Shown here piece after piece: positions 34,852 to 49,199 of a DNA stretch of 64,000 nt. The stretch is from Squalus acanthias. Its lineage: Eukaryota. Location: positions 4,712,001 to 4,776,000 of the forward strand of contig CM059432.1 of the NCBI GenBank assembly GCA_030390025.1, written 5' to 3'. Position 1 is the stretch's first letter. Every line of letters begins with the position of its first letter. The notes beneath the pieces are model-generated. The model did not search any database and was not told the DNA's origin. It worked only from the letters and a program-made list of their open reading frames with translations. Both the position numbers and the translations under genes were made by a program.

Positions 34852-35563
34852 AAGATCATACCCGTAACAATTGATTGACGCAACCCCACCCCCGTTTGAT
34901 TGTACCATCTTAATCTTGTCTGTTTGTGATAATCTATAGAGTGCTTGATTTGATCACTTCCCCGTCCTGGGTCAGTGAATAGTCCATTATCACACAAGGA
35001 AATGTCCTCATTCTGTTCGATGTTCAACCTTTATCACACAAAGATGTTTTGATGGGGAAAAGTTCCGGGCTTATCAGCATTCTGAAAGGTTGACGAATGG
35101 GTTTTACTCCAGCAACAATTTTGATATTAACATCTCCAAAGGATGAGGGAACCGATCCAGACTCAGTGGAACCAGGGTCGTTACCTGTCCTGTTGATTTG
35201 TAAGTCTTGTTAACAGCCTGACCGCAGGAATTCAATGGACCGGACAGTCAGTTAAATTTAAACAGACACATGTCATTGTGTGGTCTGATTACTCCAGCTA
35301 CTTTCTTGGTTCGTATATTCATAAAGTCAATCAATTGTGTCTGTGTCTCTGTATGAATAATTTCCTCCTGCATTCCGTTCACAGCTTGTTTTAAAAGTTC
35401 ATTTAAAAGTTCAGTTGGTTCCTCGAGGCATGCTGGGATATGAAGCTTGGTCAATTTCTTATGATTGGTCAATTTACAAAACTGGCTTTACAGTACAACC
35501 GCTTAACCCTTTGATGTCGGTTTACTTTAAGTTAAGTGCATTCTTGCTGCAGGACTGGCTACA
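34852..35563 (-). mobile_element. Partial LTR (5' ~700 bp) of the ERV-like family
   Basis: High similarity to 22232-22936; starts TGTAGCCAG on the minus strand. Confidence 0.85.
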
Positions 35564-36039
35564 GGACTTTAATCTCCATATAGGCAAAGGTAGTCTGGAG
35601 GATGAGTTCATAGAATGCATTCGAGACTGTTTCCTAGAACAATATGTCATGGAACCAACCAGGGAATAGGCTATTTTAGATCCAGTTTTGTGTAATGAGA
35701 CAGGGTTCATTAGTAATCTCATAGTAAAGGATCCTCTTGGGAAGAGTGATCATAATATGATAGAATTTCACATTAAGTTTGAGAGTGACATTCTTAAGTC
35801 CAAAACTAGAGTCTTAAACTTAAATAAAGCCAATTACATAGGTATGAGGGGTGAGTTGGCTAAGGTAGATTGGGAAACTAGATTAAAAGGTATGACGGTA
35901 GATAAGCAGTAGAAAACATTTAAAGAAATATTCCAATATTCTCAACGAATATAGATTCCATTGAGAAATAAAAACTCCACGGGAAAAGTGATCCACCATG
36001 GCTAATTAAAGACATTAAGGATAGTATTAGATTAAAAGA

Positions 36040-36931
36040 CAAAGGTCCTCTACCAACCTGCCTCCGCCACACAGTACTGCCCCCCGATTATCAAAATCCA
36101 CGACAAGGCCTTGGACAACGTGGACCACTTTCCATACCTCGGAAACCTATTGTCAACAAGGGCGGACGTTGACGACGAAGTCCAACACCGCCTTCAGTGT
36201 GCCAGTGTAGCCTTCGGTCGCCTGAGGAAGAGGGTGTTTGAAGACCAGGACCTCAAACCCGGCACTAAGCTCATGGTCTATAGAGCAGCAGTGATACCCA
36301 CCCTCCTGTATGCCTCAGAGACATGGACCATGTACAGCAGGCACCTCAAAGCACTGGAGAGGTACCACCAATGCTGCCTCCGCAAGATCCTGCAAATCTA
36401 TTGGCAGTATAGGCGCACCAATGTCAGTGTTCTTGCTCAGGCCAACATCCCCAGCATCGAAGCTTTGACCACGCTCGATCAGCTCCGATGGACAGGTCAC
36501 ATTGTCCACATGCCCGACACGAGAATCCCAAAACAAGCGCTCTACTCAGAGCTCCGGCACGGCAATAGAGCCCCAGATGGGCAGAGGAAACGCTTGAAGG
36601 ACACCCTCAAAGCCTCCTTGAAAAAGTGTAACATCCCCACCGACACCTGGGAATCCCTGGCCCAAGACCGCACAAAGTGGAGGAGAAGCATCCGGGAAGG
36701 CGCCGAACACCTCGAGTCTCTTCGCCGGGAGCAAGCGGAAGCCAAGTGCAGGCAGCGCAAGGAGCGCACGTCAACCCAAGCACCCCACCCACCGGCCCCT
36801 TCAACCACCGTCTGCCCCACCTGTAACAGAGACTGTAGGTCTCGCATTGGACTCATCAGTCACCTGAGAACTCATTTTTAATGTGGAAGCAAGTCATCCT
36901 CGGTTCCGAGGGACTGCCTAAGAAGAAGATG
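36040..36931 (+). mobile_element. RTE LINE 3' fragment with TSD
   Basis: Open ORF 36111-36881; TSD AGATTAAAAGA (36029-36039, 36932-36942); AAG-repeat tail. Confidence 0.92.
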
Positions 36932-38223
36932 AGATTAAAAGAAGAGGCTTATAATGTTGTGAAGAATAGTAGTAAGCCTGATGATTGGGGGAGCTTTAGA
37001 AACCAGCAAAGGATGACTATAAAATTGATAAAAAGGGAGAAAATGGAATATGAGAGTAAATTAGTAAGAAATATCAGAACAGATTGTAAGAGCTTCTACA
37101 AGTATGTAAAAAGGAAGAGAGTAGCAAAAGCAGGTGTTTGGGCCCTTAGAGGCTGAGACAGGTGAAATTCTACTGGGGAACAAGGAAATGGCAGTGACCT
37201 TAAATAAATAGTTTGTATCTGTCTTCACAGTAGAAGACACAAAATGTATACCAAAAATAGTGGGGAACCAAGGGGCTAATGAGAGCGAGGAACTTAAAGT
37301 AACTAATATCAGTAGAGAAAAAGTACTTGAGAAACTAATGGGACTAAAACCTAACAAATCCCCTGGACCTGATGGACTACATCCGAGGGTTCTAAAAGAG
37401 GTGGCTGGTTGTGATTTCCCAAAATTCCTTAGATTCTGGAAAGGTCACAATGGATTGGAAGGTAACAAATGTAACCTCGCTATTCATGAAAGGAGAGAGA
37501 GAGAAAACAGGGAACTACAGGCCAGTTAGTCTGACATCAGTCATCAGGAAAATGCTGGAATCCATTATTAAAGAAGTGTTAACAGAGCACTTAGAAAATC
37601 ATAACATGATTAGGCAGAGTCAACATAGTTTTATGAAAGGGAAATCGTGTTTGACAAATTTATTAGAGTTTTTTGAGGATATAACTAGCAGGGTAGTTAA
37701 AGGGGAACCAGTGGATGTAGTATATTTGGATTTCCAAAAGGCATTCAATAAGGTGCCACATAAAAAGTTATTACACAAGATAAGGGCTCTTGGGATTGGA
37801 GGTAATATAGTAACATAGATAGAGGGTTGGTTAACGGACAGAAAACAGAGAGTAGGAATAAATGCGTCATTTTCAGGTTGGCAGGCTGTAACTAGTGGGG
37901 TGCCGCAAGGATCAGTGCTTGGGCCTCAGCTATTTACAATGTATATTACTGACCTAGCTGAAGGGACAGGTTTCAATGTATCCATGTTTGATGAAGATAC
38001 AAAGCTAGGTGGGAAATTAAGGAGGACACAAAGAGCCTGCAAAGGGATATAGACAGGTTAAGTGAGTGGGCAATAAGGTGGCAGATGGAGCATAATGTGG
38101 GGAAATGTGAGGTTATTCACTTTGGTAGGAAGAATAAAAAAACAGAATATTTTTTAAATGGTGAGAAACTATTAAATGTTGGTGTTCAGAGAGATTTAGG
38201 TGTCCTAATACAGGAAACACAGA

Positions 38224-39302
<1,079 letters not shown>

Positions 39303-40499
39303 TGAGAGTTAGCATGCAGGTACAGCAAGCAATTAGGAAGGCAAATGGCATGTTGGCCTTTATTACTAGGGGGTTAGAGTACAAGAGTAAGGAAGTCTTG
39401 CTGCAATTGTACAGGGCTTTGGTGAGACCACACCTGGAGTACTGTGCACAGTTTTGGTCTCCTTATCTAAGGAAGGATATACTTGCCTTGGAGGCGGTGC
39501 AACAAAGGTTCACTAGATTGATTCCTGGGGTGAGAGGGTTGTCCTATGAGTAGAGATTGGGTAGATTAGGCCTATACTCATTGAAATTTAGAAGAATGAG
39601 AGGAGATCTCAATGAAACATGTAAGATTCTGAGGGGGATTGACATGATAGATGCTGAGAGATTGTTTCCCATGGCTGGAGAGTCCAGAACTAGGGGGCAT
39701 AGTCTCAGGATCAGGGGTCAGCCATTTAAGACTGAGACAAGGAGGAACGTCTTCACTCAGAGGGTTGTGAATCAGCCAGAAGAACCCAGTTGTGCTTGGT
39801 CTCCCCCACCCCCACTTTTTTTTGTCTTAAAATACTCCTGTGAAGCGCCTTGGGACGTTTTACTATGTTAAAGGCGCTATATAAATACAAGTTGTTGTTG
39901 TTTTTGTTTCCTGTGCACTCCCAACATCTTGTATCTGCACCTCATCCATGCAGACTTCACTGGAAGTGATAGAACATGGTGGGGTGACGTCATCTGCTGG
40001 AATTCATGCCATTTTTGCTTCTAGGCCCTAAGAGTATGGAATGTCTATTGACACCACTTGGTCAGCCAATGAGTTGGAGGCGGGGTGGGACTTATGGCAT
40101 GACCGTCTTTTTTTTTATTTGTTCATGGGATCTGGGCATTGCTGGCAAGGCCAGCATTTATTGCCAGCATTTTACAACAAAACAGAGTTTGTTTAAACAG
40201 CGCGTTGCAGCAAACGGTCTACAGAGTCTATTTAAACAGTGCTTTGCAGAAAACAGTCTACAGAGTCTATTTTTAAAAAGAGTCTCTACAAACTACAGCA
40301 AACATACCTCATGACCCAAATTACAGCAACGTCTCTCAATAAAAGCAGGGTGATCTCTCAGGTAAAATCCCACATTACAACAGTGACTACACTCCAAAAG
40401 TGCTTCATTGGCTGTAAAGCGCTTTGAGACATCCAGTGGTCGTGAAAGGCGCTATAGAATATGAAGTCTTTCTTTTCTTTCTTTTTAAAATGCAAAAAT

Positions 40500-40610
40500 G
40501 AGAAGTCGCACAACACCAGGTTATAGTCCAACAGTTTTATTTGAAATCTCGAGCTTTCGGAGCGCTGCTCCTTCGTCAGGTAAAGTGAGGGAATACAAAT
40601 CAGCAAAGCA
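40500..40610 (-). mobile_element. Penelope-like terminal fragment
   Basis: Hammerhead core followed by AATAAA...GTTGGACTATAACCTGGTGTTGTG. Confidence 0.6.
40551..40579 (-). ncRNA. Minimal hammerhead ribozyme core (Penelope-type)
   Basis: CTGACGA-A-GGAGC/AGC/GCTCC-GAAAGCTC. Confidence 0.6.
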
Positions 40611-41204
40611 TATATAGACAGAGAACAATGTGTTTCTGACTGCCCTCCATCACACCTCGGCAGAGATACAATCAGTCAGGAAGGCATTACATCAAAGACA
40701 CAGCAAAATACAGCTAAGACAATGAGGTGGGGTCACAGGGGGTCCAACGTGTCAAATGCTGCAGTCTGCAGTGAAATGCAGTGAGTGGAGGCTAGTTACA
40801 CAATAGAAATGATGTGTGTAAAATCAATCCCAGTCACTTACAGCAGTGCGGACTCCAGGCGTGATTGATGGGGGGAATTCTGGCCAGGAATAGTGGTGCC
40901 GCTATATGCAGCCCTATCAGTAATTGTGCCTGCATGATGCAGACCTACATGGCATCTTCGGTTGGTCCTCTTCACGTTGCAACATGGTGCCCCTCCAACA
41001 CTCTGCCCCAACCTCTGAGGCAGGAGCCCCGGTAGCGCTGGCACCTGCCTCGTTATGCAAATTGCCCTGACCCCAGCCTGGGTCATGAGAACACGCGGTG
41101 GGCAGAAGTCCCTCTCTGTACAGGATCAACCATCTCCGACACTAGACGGTCACCTCCCCTGAGTCTGTCGGGCTTGCAAGGTTAAGGGAGGACAGCAAAA
41201 TAGG

Positions 41205-41612
41205 AAACAAAAGAATTGGGAGCAGGAGTCAGCCATCAGGCCCCTCGAACCTGCTCCGCCATTCAATAAGATCATGGCTGATCTTCAACCTCAACTCCAC
41301 TTTCCCGCCCGATCCCCATATCCCTCAATTCCCCTAGAGTTCAAAAATCTATCGATCTCAGTCTTGAATATACTCAAAGACTCAGCATTCACATCCCTCT
41401 GGGGCAGAGAATTTCAAAGATTCACAACCCTCTGAGTGAAGAAATTCCTCCTCATCTCAGTCCTAAGTGGCCGACCCCTTATCCTGAGACTGTGACCCCC
41501 TAGTTCTAGACTCTCCAGCCACGGGGAAACAGCCTCTCTGCATCTACCTTGTCAAGCCCTGTAAGAATTTTGTACATTTCAATGAGATCACCTCTCATTC
41601 TTCTAAACTCCA
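41205..41612 (-). mobile_element. CR1 3' fragment
   Basis: SLEFRRMRGDLIEMYKIL plus 3' UTR. Confidence 0.85.
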
Positions 41613-41614
41613 GT

Positions 41615-41800
41615 GAACTTGGAGGAGAGCCGACAAGGTGAGCTGAGATGAAGATTGAAATGACCGAGGATGAGGAGTCGCTCAGTGCAGAGGCTGAGGG
41701 AGGAAAGGAGTGAGGATATCTCGATGAGAAACTGAGGGTGGGCGGCAGAGAGGGCACTAGCGAGTCCGTGGATCCACAGTCGCCTGAACTGGTCCATTAA
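41615..41800 (-). mobile_element. L2-type endonuclease fragment
   Basis: EISSLLSSLSLCTERLLILGHFNLHL. Confidence 0.55.
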
Positions 41801-41949
41801 AACTCATTGGGGAAAATGTAGAAAACTGTCTGTTTTCAATATCTGTTGAGAATGGAATTCAAATCTAGCGCAGACTAAAGGTCTGAAGAATTGCTCACTC
41901 TGGAGGTTATAAAGGCTCCAAATGAAATCTGTTTCTATTTATTTAGTAC

Positions 41950-42260
41950 ATAGAATTTCACAGCACAGAAACGGTCCATTCGGCCCGACCAGTCCGTGCC
42001 GGTGTTTATGCTCCACACGAGCCTCCTCCCACCCTCCTTCATCTCACCCCATCACCGTATCCTTCTATTCCTTTCTCCCTCATGTGTTTATCCAGCTTCC
42101 CCTTAAATGCATCTGTGCTATTCGCCTCAACCACTCCCTGTGGTAGCGAGTTCCACATTCTCACCACTCTCTGGGTGAAGAAGTTTCTCCTGAATTCCCG
42201 ATTGGATTTATTAGTGACTGTCTTATGTTGGAGGCCCCGAGTTCTGAACTCCCCACAAGC
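41950..42260 (-). mobile_element. CR1 3' fragment
   Basis: NKSNREFRRNFFTQRVVRMWNSLP; same subfamily as 9592-10245. Confidence 0.85.
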
Positions 42261-42290
42261 GGGCATTTGTAGTGAGCATCGAAACACAAT

Positions 42291-43033
42291 GGCCCAAAAA
42301 TTCGTGAGGAAGCCTTCGTGCGAGGGTAAGGCCTCCCCGCGATCTCTCACTGCGCGCTGGCTTTTTCAGTTCCAGCTCGCACGAACTTGATGTTCTGGAC
42401 AGCAGCTGTGCTGGGCTTGTGTATCCCACCGGCGTAGTTAATTCATGCGAGCTGTGGGATCACGTGACTCAGTTAGAGCCAATGGCAGCACACCATCTTC
42501 CATTCATAACTTTCACATAAGTGCTGTGAAAGCTATGAATACTATAGCCCCCCAAAAGAACAGCTAAACCTCAATTAAATTTTTTAAAAAACCATCACAT
42601 TAATAAAATAAGTATAGTTAAATAAATTAACCATTTTAAATAAAAAATTAAATTTTTGAAAAAATTTTAAATCTTTTAAAAAGTTATAAAAATAAACTTA
42701 CCTGTCTTTAAAGTCTCTAAAAAAGATATAGCTGTTAAAAAAAATTCAAAATAATACTTAATTCACTACTTACCTTGTTAAAAGTGAGTCTTACTCCTCC
42801 TTTTTTTATGTGTAAAATCTTCCGTACTTACCTGCGCGTTGAAACCACTAAGTGCACAGCGTGCGCGCAGCCTGTAGAGCGCACGCGGTTCAGCTAGGAA
42901 CCGCCCCCTTTTCCATTCACCAAGTGCCGGTTTTCAGCGCATGCGCAGTGCATGCAGAAAACCGGCAATTGGAGACAGAATACGCGAGAGTACGCAGTGC
43001 GTACTCTCGCGTAGCGGCACTAATTTTTGGGCC
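42291..43033. mobile_element. MITE family C, second copy (inverted)
   Basis: TIR GGCCCAAAAATT...AATTTTTGGGCC; TSD AAT/AAT. Confidence 0.9.
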
Positions 43034-43199
43034 AATAAAAACAAAATACTCATAATTTGGCCTTACTTTAAACACACTCGCAGTATCAATCAGATAAACT
43101 CCAAGGCCATGTATTTTCTGTGGTAAGATTAGCATTCAATGCTCTGTTTGTTTTGTCATGGGTGAATTATCCTTGGCAGTCACGTAGGTGAGGAGTACT

Positions 43200-43631
43200 C
43201 ATTTTTTTTATTCGTTCCTGGCAAGGCCAGCATTTATTGGCCATCCCTAATTGCCCTTGAGAAGGTGGTGGTGGTGAGCCACCGCCTTGACAACTGAATG
43301 TCCTGCTAGGCCATTTCAGAGGGGCAGTTAAGAGTCAACCACATTGCTGTGGGTCTGGAGTCACATATAGGCCAGACTGGGTAAGGATGGCAGATTTCCT
43401 TCCCTAAAGGACATTAGTGAACCAGGTGGGTTTTTACAACAATCAGGTAATTTCATGGTCACCATTACTGATACTAGCTTTTTAATTCCAGATTTATTTA
43501 ATTAACTGAATTTAAGTTCCCCAGCTGCTGTGGTGGGATTTGAACTCATGTTTCATGTCCCCATAGATCATTAGTCCAGGCCTAGCTGGGATTAACTAGT
43601 CCAGTAACATAACCGCTCTGCTACCGTTCCC
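43200..43631 (-). mobile_element. tRNA-derived SINE sharing head and tail with the LINE at 18345-21476
   Basis: A-box TAGCAGAGCGG, B-box GAGTTCAAATCC, tail GGGCAATTAGGGATGG..AATAAATGCTGG. Confidence 0.8.
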
Positions 43632-44038
43632 GTTCATTGGAGCTATTTCATGCTCGTGATGAGCTGACAGGTTTGTACTCAATGTACTGACTGTTGACGT
43701 GCTTCTGTTTAACGTCTTGGGAGTAGGCGGGGAGGGGAATCATAAATCCAGATGGTTTGGTTTGGCGGTAGGAAGATATTGGCACACCCTAGTAGGCAAG
43801 GCGGGCGCGGGGGACTCCCTCACTGCCTCCGCATGAAAGACTAATTTTGAGTTTGCATTCTGGAAGTGTAGCGTAAGATATGACTGTTCCCTATTGTTTA
43901 GTGAGGAATTTGTTGACATTCCTTAGTGGCAAAGGGAATCTTACTCCCACTGTGGTTTCAGCCTTTTGATTTCAGACCCAGAGTTAGGACAGAGACTGAA
44001 AGACTGTTGGAACAATCAATGTTCACACAACAGACAAA

Positions 44039-44745
44039 GGGGGAAAAATTTGGTTGCTTTGCGCCTCCCATTAGCGCCCTAAGAGGGTGCTAACGGGGCG
44101 CAAAGCAACTCGCGCCCGGGCGCGGCGCCGCCAACGCCTCCCGCAGAATTCAGCGGGAGGTTAGCGGCGGCGTTAACCGTTAGCGCTCCACGGCGCTGCG
44201 CCGCCTGCGATGATGTCATCGCCATGCGCAGAGCCCCGCTCGCGCCCCAGCTGCGATCTTCGGTAGCGCCCCTTGACTTACCGCCGGACACTATGTCCAA
44301 CGGGGTCAGGGGGGGTCTACCTGCGGCCGGGGCGGCGCTAATAAAAGGCGAGGTGCCGGGCGGCCATTTTTGTTGCTGGCCGCCTGCCAGCACCTGCCTC
44401 TGCTCCCATCCCCGGCCTCCTGACCCGCCCCCCCCGCGGAATGTCGGCTGCGCTCCATGAGCCCGGCACTTCTCTTGAATGCCGGGCTCTTTTGCCGGCA
44501 CTCCGATCCCCGGTGGCACAACAGTGACTCCACTTCAAAAAGTACTTCATTGGCTGTAAAGCGCTTTGAGAAGGGGAGGAAGGCCTGCAATACCGCGACA
44601 CGTAGCGCCGTGATATTCCCTCGCAGTGCCCCAAGAGGGAGGCGGGGCGCTTCCAGTAGCAGGGGCGCTAATTTTTCCAGGGCGCTAAAAGTAGTGCCCC
44701 AGCGAAGTTAGCGCCCCAAAGGGGGCGCGACTCAATTTCTCTCCC
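44039..44745. mobile_element. GC-rich MITE family B, longer copy
   Basis: Ends GGGGGAAAAATT / AATTTCTCTCCC; shares GCTAACGGGGCGCAAAGC and GATGA..TCATCGCC with 3317-3658; carries a small DeuSINE tail piece at about 44518-44570. Confidence 0.7.
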
Positions 44746-45069
44746 AATGTCTCGAAAGTTTTTCCTTCTTCGAGCCAACCTGTCAACACAAGGGAATACA
44801 TCGAACCTACAGCACAGAAACAGGCCACTTGGTCCAACTGGTCCATCCCGGTGATTCTGCTCCACACGAGCCTCCTCCCACCCCTCTTCATCTCACCCCA
44901 TCAACATATCCTTCTATTCCTTTCTCCCTCATGTACTCATCCAGCTTCCCTCTAAATATATCATTCCTATTCACCTCAACTACTCCTTGTGGTAGTGAGT
45001 TCCACATTCTAACCACTCTCTGGGTAAAGATAAACAGAGTAAATAAACAGGTAGATTTTCTTTATATAA

Positions 45070-45490
45070 AGAAAGACTTGCATTTCTATAGCGCCTTTCA
45101 CGACCACCAGACGTCTCAAAGCGCTTTACAACCAATGAAGTACTTTTTGAAGTGTAGTCATTGTTGTAATGTGGGAAACGCGGCAGCCAATTTGTGCACA
45201 GTAAGCTCCCACAAACAGCAATGTGATAATGACCAGATAATCTGTTTTTTAGTGATGTTGATTGAGGGATAAATATTGGCCCAGGACACCGGGGATAACT
45301 CCCCTGCTCTTCTTCAAAATAGTGGCCGTGGGATCTTTTACGTCCACCTGAGGGGGCAGACGGGGCCTCGGTTTGTCGTCTCATCCCTAAGACGGCACCT
45401 CCAACAGTGCCGCGCTCCCTCAGCACCGCACTGGGAATGTCAGCCTAGCTTTATGCGCTCAAGTCCCTGGAGTGAGACTTGAACCCAAAA
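45070..45490 (-). mobile_element. DeuSINE
   Basis: Deu core plus L2-like tail. Confidence 0.85.
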
Positions 45491-47852
45491 TAATCCAACA
45501 GCATTCCACCAAAGTCAATCGGTGCCGTGAATTTCCGTGGGGCTTCTCCCGCTCTACTGACGTAACGTCGGTGGAAGTTTGTCAGACACCCCGTTTACAG
45601 GTGTATCCTACTGGCTGTGTTGATTGCTGCCATGTGTTGGATGGACATGTGCAGGGTCAAGTCTACGAAGACTCTTTCAACTTCTCCCTTAGTTGATTCA
45701 TCACCATTCATGAAACATGCGTGCCATCTATTTTTCCTTCCTGTGCGTCGCTCTTTACTTTTGTCTGCATTGAATTTCACCTGCCATTGTTCTGCCCACT
45801 TTACCTACCTTGCCCGACTATTCTGTTATATCTGAGCCGCCTCTTTCGATTCCACTCCCCCTCCTAGTTTGGTATCATCTGCAAATTTGACCACTTTTCC
45901 ATTGAGTTTCTGAATTCAGGTCATTGATGTAAATTAGAAACAGTAGTGGTCTCGTAGTTCCCAATGCCCCCCCACTCCACCCACCCACCCACCACCCCCG
46001 CCCCGCCCTCCCCTCCCCCCCCCCCCCCCCCACTCTGAAATAACTCCTCTAACAAGTATTTGTTGTTTCCTACCCTTTGATTCATTTCCTGAATCCCCCA
46101 CGGCTTTGGGTTCAATGAATAGCCGTTTGGAAGTTCAATGACACCGCGCCATAGGGCTATTCGCAGTCCACTTGGGTAGGCACTTCAACAAAAACAACTT
46201 TATACAGCGGCTTTAAAGTAGCAAAACGTCCCAAGGCGCTTCGAAGGAGCGTCATCAAATAAAAGAAATTGACCCCGAGCCACACAAGGTGATATTCGGA
46301 AATAGAAGTGGCAGCCAAAACACGCACGTGAATAGACACAGGGAAACTCAAGCTGCACAGGCCAAGGGTAGAGTTGCAGATCAAAGGGGCTCCCTAGCGA
46401 GACCCTAGGCCAGACCAGAAGCGATCTTTCTTGCTCAAAGGTAGGGAAAATCGAGGCCCATGTTTAAATCTCATAACCAGTTTTCCTTCGTGTCACAGCA
46501 CTGAAATGGCCCTAATCAAAGTCACAAAGACCATGGTGCACTATTATAGAATCATAGAATCTTACAGCACAGAAGGAGGCCATTCGGCCCATCGTGCCTG
46601 TGCCGGCTCTTTGAAAGAGCTCTCCAATTAGTCTCACTCCCCACTGCTCTTTCCCCACAGCCCTGCACATTTTCCCCCTTCAAGTATTTATCCGATTCCC
46701 CTTTTGAAAGTTTTTATTGAATGTGGGATAACTGATATTTGATGGTCTCGGCTCGAGATGTCTCTTGATGTCTGTGTGTATGACCCTGAGAAGGGCATGT
46801 TCCAGGTTGCTGTCCTTCCGCAGGGTTGTGGGACAATGTGGATCTGCCTGATTTCAATTATGGTGGTGGAGGGAGTGGGGGTGGGGGGGGGGAGGTGACT
46901 GGACTGACTATGTGGTCATCAAGTGAAATAACATCCACGGCAAGGTCTAGCCTACCTCTGATCATGCATCCACGTCACCCTGCTCACTGATCGACGTATG
47001 AGCAGGCCCCCCCCCCCAATGACACCGATGACATTGATGCTCCTATCAATGGAAATCTCCATTTGGACAAGGTGACCACCTACGTTAAACAAGGAGAAGC
47101 TGGCATGGCTTCCAAGGCCACTATGGCAGCAGACTGAGCATTCCTGAGAGAAGCAAAGACTGGCACAACATCCTCTGCCAAGTCAGTCCAAGACTGATTG
47201 CATCTTTTCTGTGGAACGCATGACATCTCCGCACATGTAGATTGTGTTGGAAGTTGCTCATGCTGTCAGAGACCTCCGTCATGCGTACATGTATACATAG
47301 GGTTAAGATTCGGTTTAATCTCATACGATATTTTTGCTTTCATTTTACGGTGGGTTTGTACCGTCACTAAAAATAATTAAATGGTTAAACTTGTTCATTC
47401 CCAGGAGGCTTTAGGGCATAATATGTCAGGGTACAATTTAGCCGACTATGCCACTTAACTTCTGCTGAAAGTGCAGGATGTGTGATTAGTGCCTGTCCAC
47501 TTATTTTTGTCGCCACGTTGTGAAACAAGAATAGCCAAGACCGTCTTGAGATAGTCAGTGGGACAATAGGCCAGGATGGTAAACAAGTTGGCATCTGGTG
47601 TTTGGAAGGAACGCTCTCATTTCTGGGGGTCTTGTTCATAATAACAGTTGCCATAACATAATGAATCAGCAAGGACAGCATGCGTGACTAACATAAGAAC
47701 ATAAGAACATAAGAATTAGGAGCAGGAGTCGGCCATTCGGCCCTCGAGCCTGCTCCACCATTCAATAAGATCCTGGCTGATCTTCGACCTCAACTCCACT
47801 TTCCCGCCCGATCCCCATATCCCTTGATTCCCTAGAGTCCAAAGATCTATCA

Positions 47853-48800
47853 TCAGAACATAAGAAATAGGAGCAGGAGTAGGCCATTCGGCCCTTCGAG
47901 CCTGCTCCGCCATTCAATGAGATCAGGGCTGATCTTCTGCCTCAACTCCATTCACCGGCCCTATCGCCATATCCCTTGAAGCCCTTACTCGTCAGAAATC
48001 TATCGACTTCTGTTTTGAATATATCCAATGACTGAGCCTCCACAGCCCTCTGGGGTAGAGAATTCCAAAGATTCACCACCCTCTGTGTGAAGAAATTTCT
48101 TCTCATCTCAGTCCTGAATGGCCTACCCTCTATCCTGAGGCTGTGGTCCCTGGTTCTAGACTCCCCAGCCAAGGGAAACATTCTCCCAGCATCCATCCTA
48201 TCAAGCCCTGTAATAATGTTGTATGCTTCAATGAGATCCCCTCTCATTCTTCTGAATTCAAGAGAATACAGGCCTAGTTTACTCAATCTCTTCTCATACG
48301 ACAGTCCCGCCATCCCAGGAATCAATCTCGTGAACCTTCGTTGCACTCCCTCTATGGCAAGTATATCCTTCCTTAGGTAAGGAGACCAAAATTGTACACA
48401 GTACTCCAGGTGTGGTCTCACCAAGGCCCTATATAATTGGAGTAAGACTTCTTTACTCCTGTACTCAAATCCTCTTGTAATGAAGGCCAGCATACCATTT
48501 GCCTTCCTAATGGCTTGCTGCACCTGCACATTCACTTTCAGTGATTCATGTACAAGGACACCCAGGTCCCTTTGAGCATCTGCATTCCCCAATCTTTCAC
48601 CATTTAGGAAATACACTGCCTTTCTATTTTTTTCTACTAAAGTGGATAACTTCACATTTATCCACATTATATTCCACCTGCCATGTTCTCGCCCACTCAC
48701 TGAGCCTGTCGAGATCCCCTTGAAGCCTCTTCACATCCTCTTCACAACTGACACTGCCACCTAGCTTCGTATCATCAGCAAATTTGGAAATGTCACATTT
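47853..48800 (-). mobile_element. 5'-truncated CR1, flanked by further CR1 fragments (47690-47850, 48803-49105)
   Basis: ORF 47942-48700; near-identical to 58575-59525. Confidence 0.9.
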
Positions 48801-49199
48801 AGTCGATCTCAGTCTTGAATATAATCAAGGATTCAGCCTCCACAGCCCTCTGGGACAGAGAATTCCAAAGATTCACAACCCTCTGAGTGAAGAAATTCCT
48901 CCTCATCTCAGTCCTAAATGGCCACCCCTTATCCTGAGACTATGCCCCCAGGTTCTAGACTCTCCAGCCAGGGGGAAACAGCCTCTCAGCATCTATCCTG
49001 TCAGTCCCCCTCAAAATCTTATATGTTTCAATGAGATCACCTCTCATTCTTCTAAACTCCAGAGAGTATAGGCCCAATCTACTCAATCTCTCCTCATCCC
49101 AGGGATCAAAGAGTTGGCACAGGCACGACAGGCCGAATGGCCTCCTGCTGTGTGGTAAGATTCTATGATTCTAAATGCTCTGCTGAGATGAATTACCAA

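Noticed and set aside
40838..41150. Possible minus-strand exon (GTAAGT donor near 40840) or decayed Harbinger Myb/SANT remnant
   Set aside because: No recognisable protein in a single frame and no supporting neighbouring exons
44079..44711. GC-rich ORFs suggesting a CpG-island gene
   Set aside because: Lie wholly within a TIR-bounded MITE that has a relative at 3317-3658
47060..47690. Non-repetitive-looking stretch with 60-98 aa ORFs
   Set aside because: No motifs, splice structure or homology I can recognise
47690..47715. Short periodic repeats (AACATAAG)n, superficially array-like
   Set aside because: Standard CR1 3' tandem tails; no spacers and a eukaryotic context, so not CRISPR
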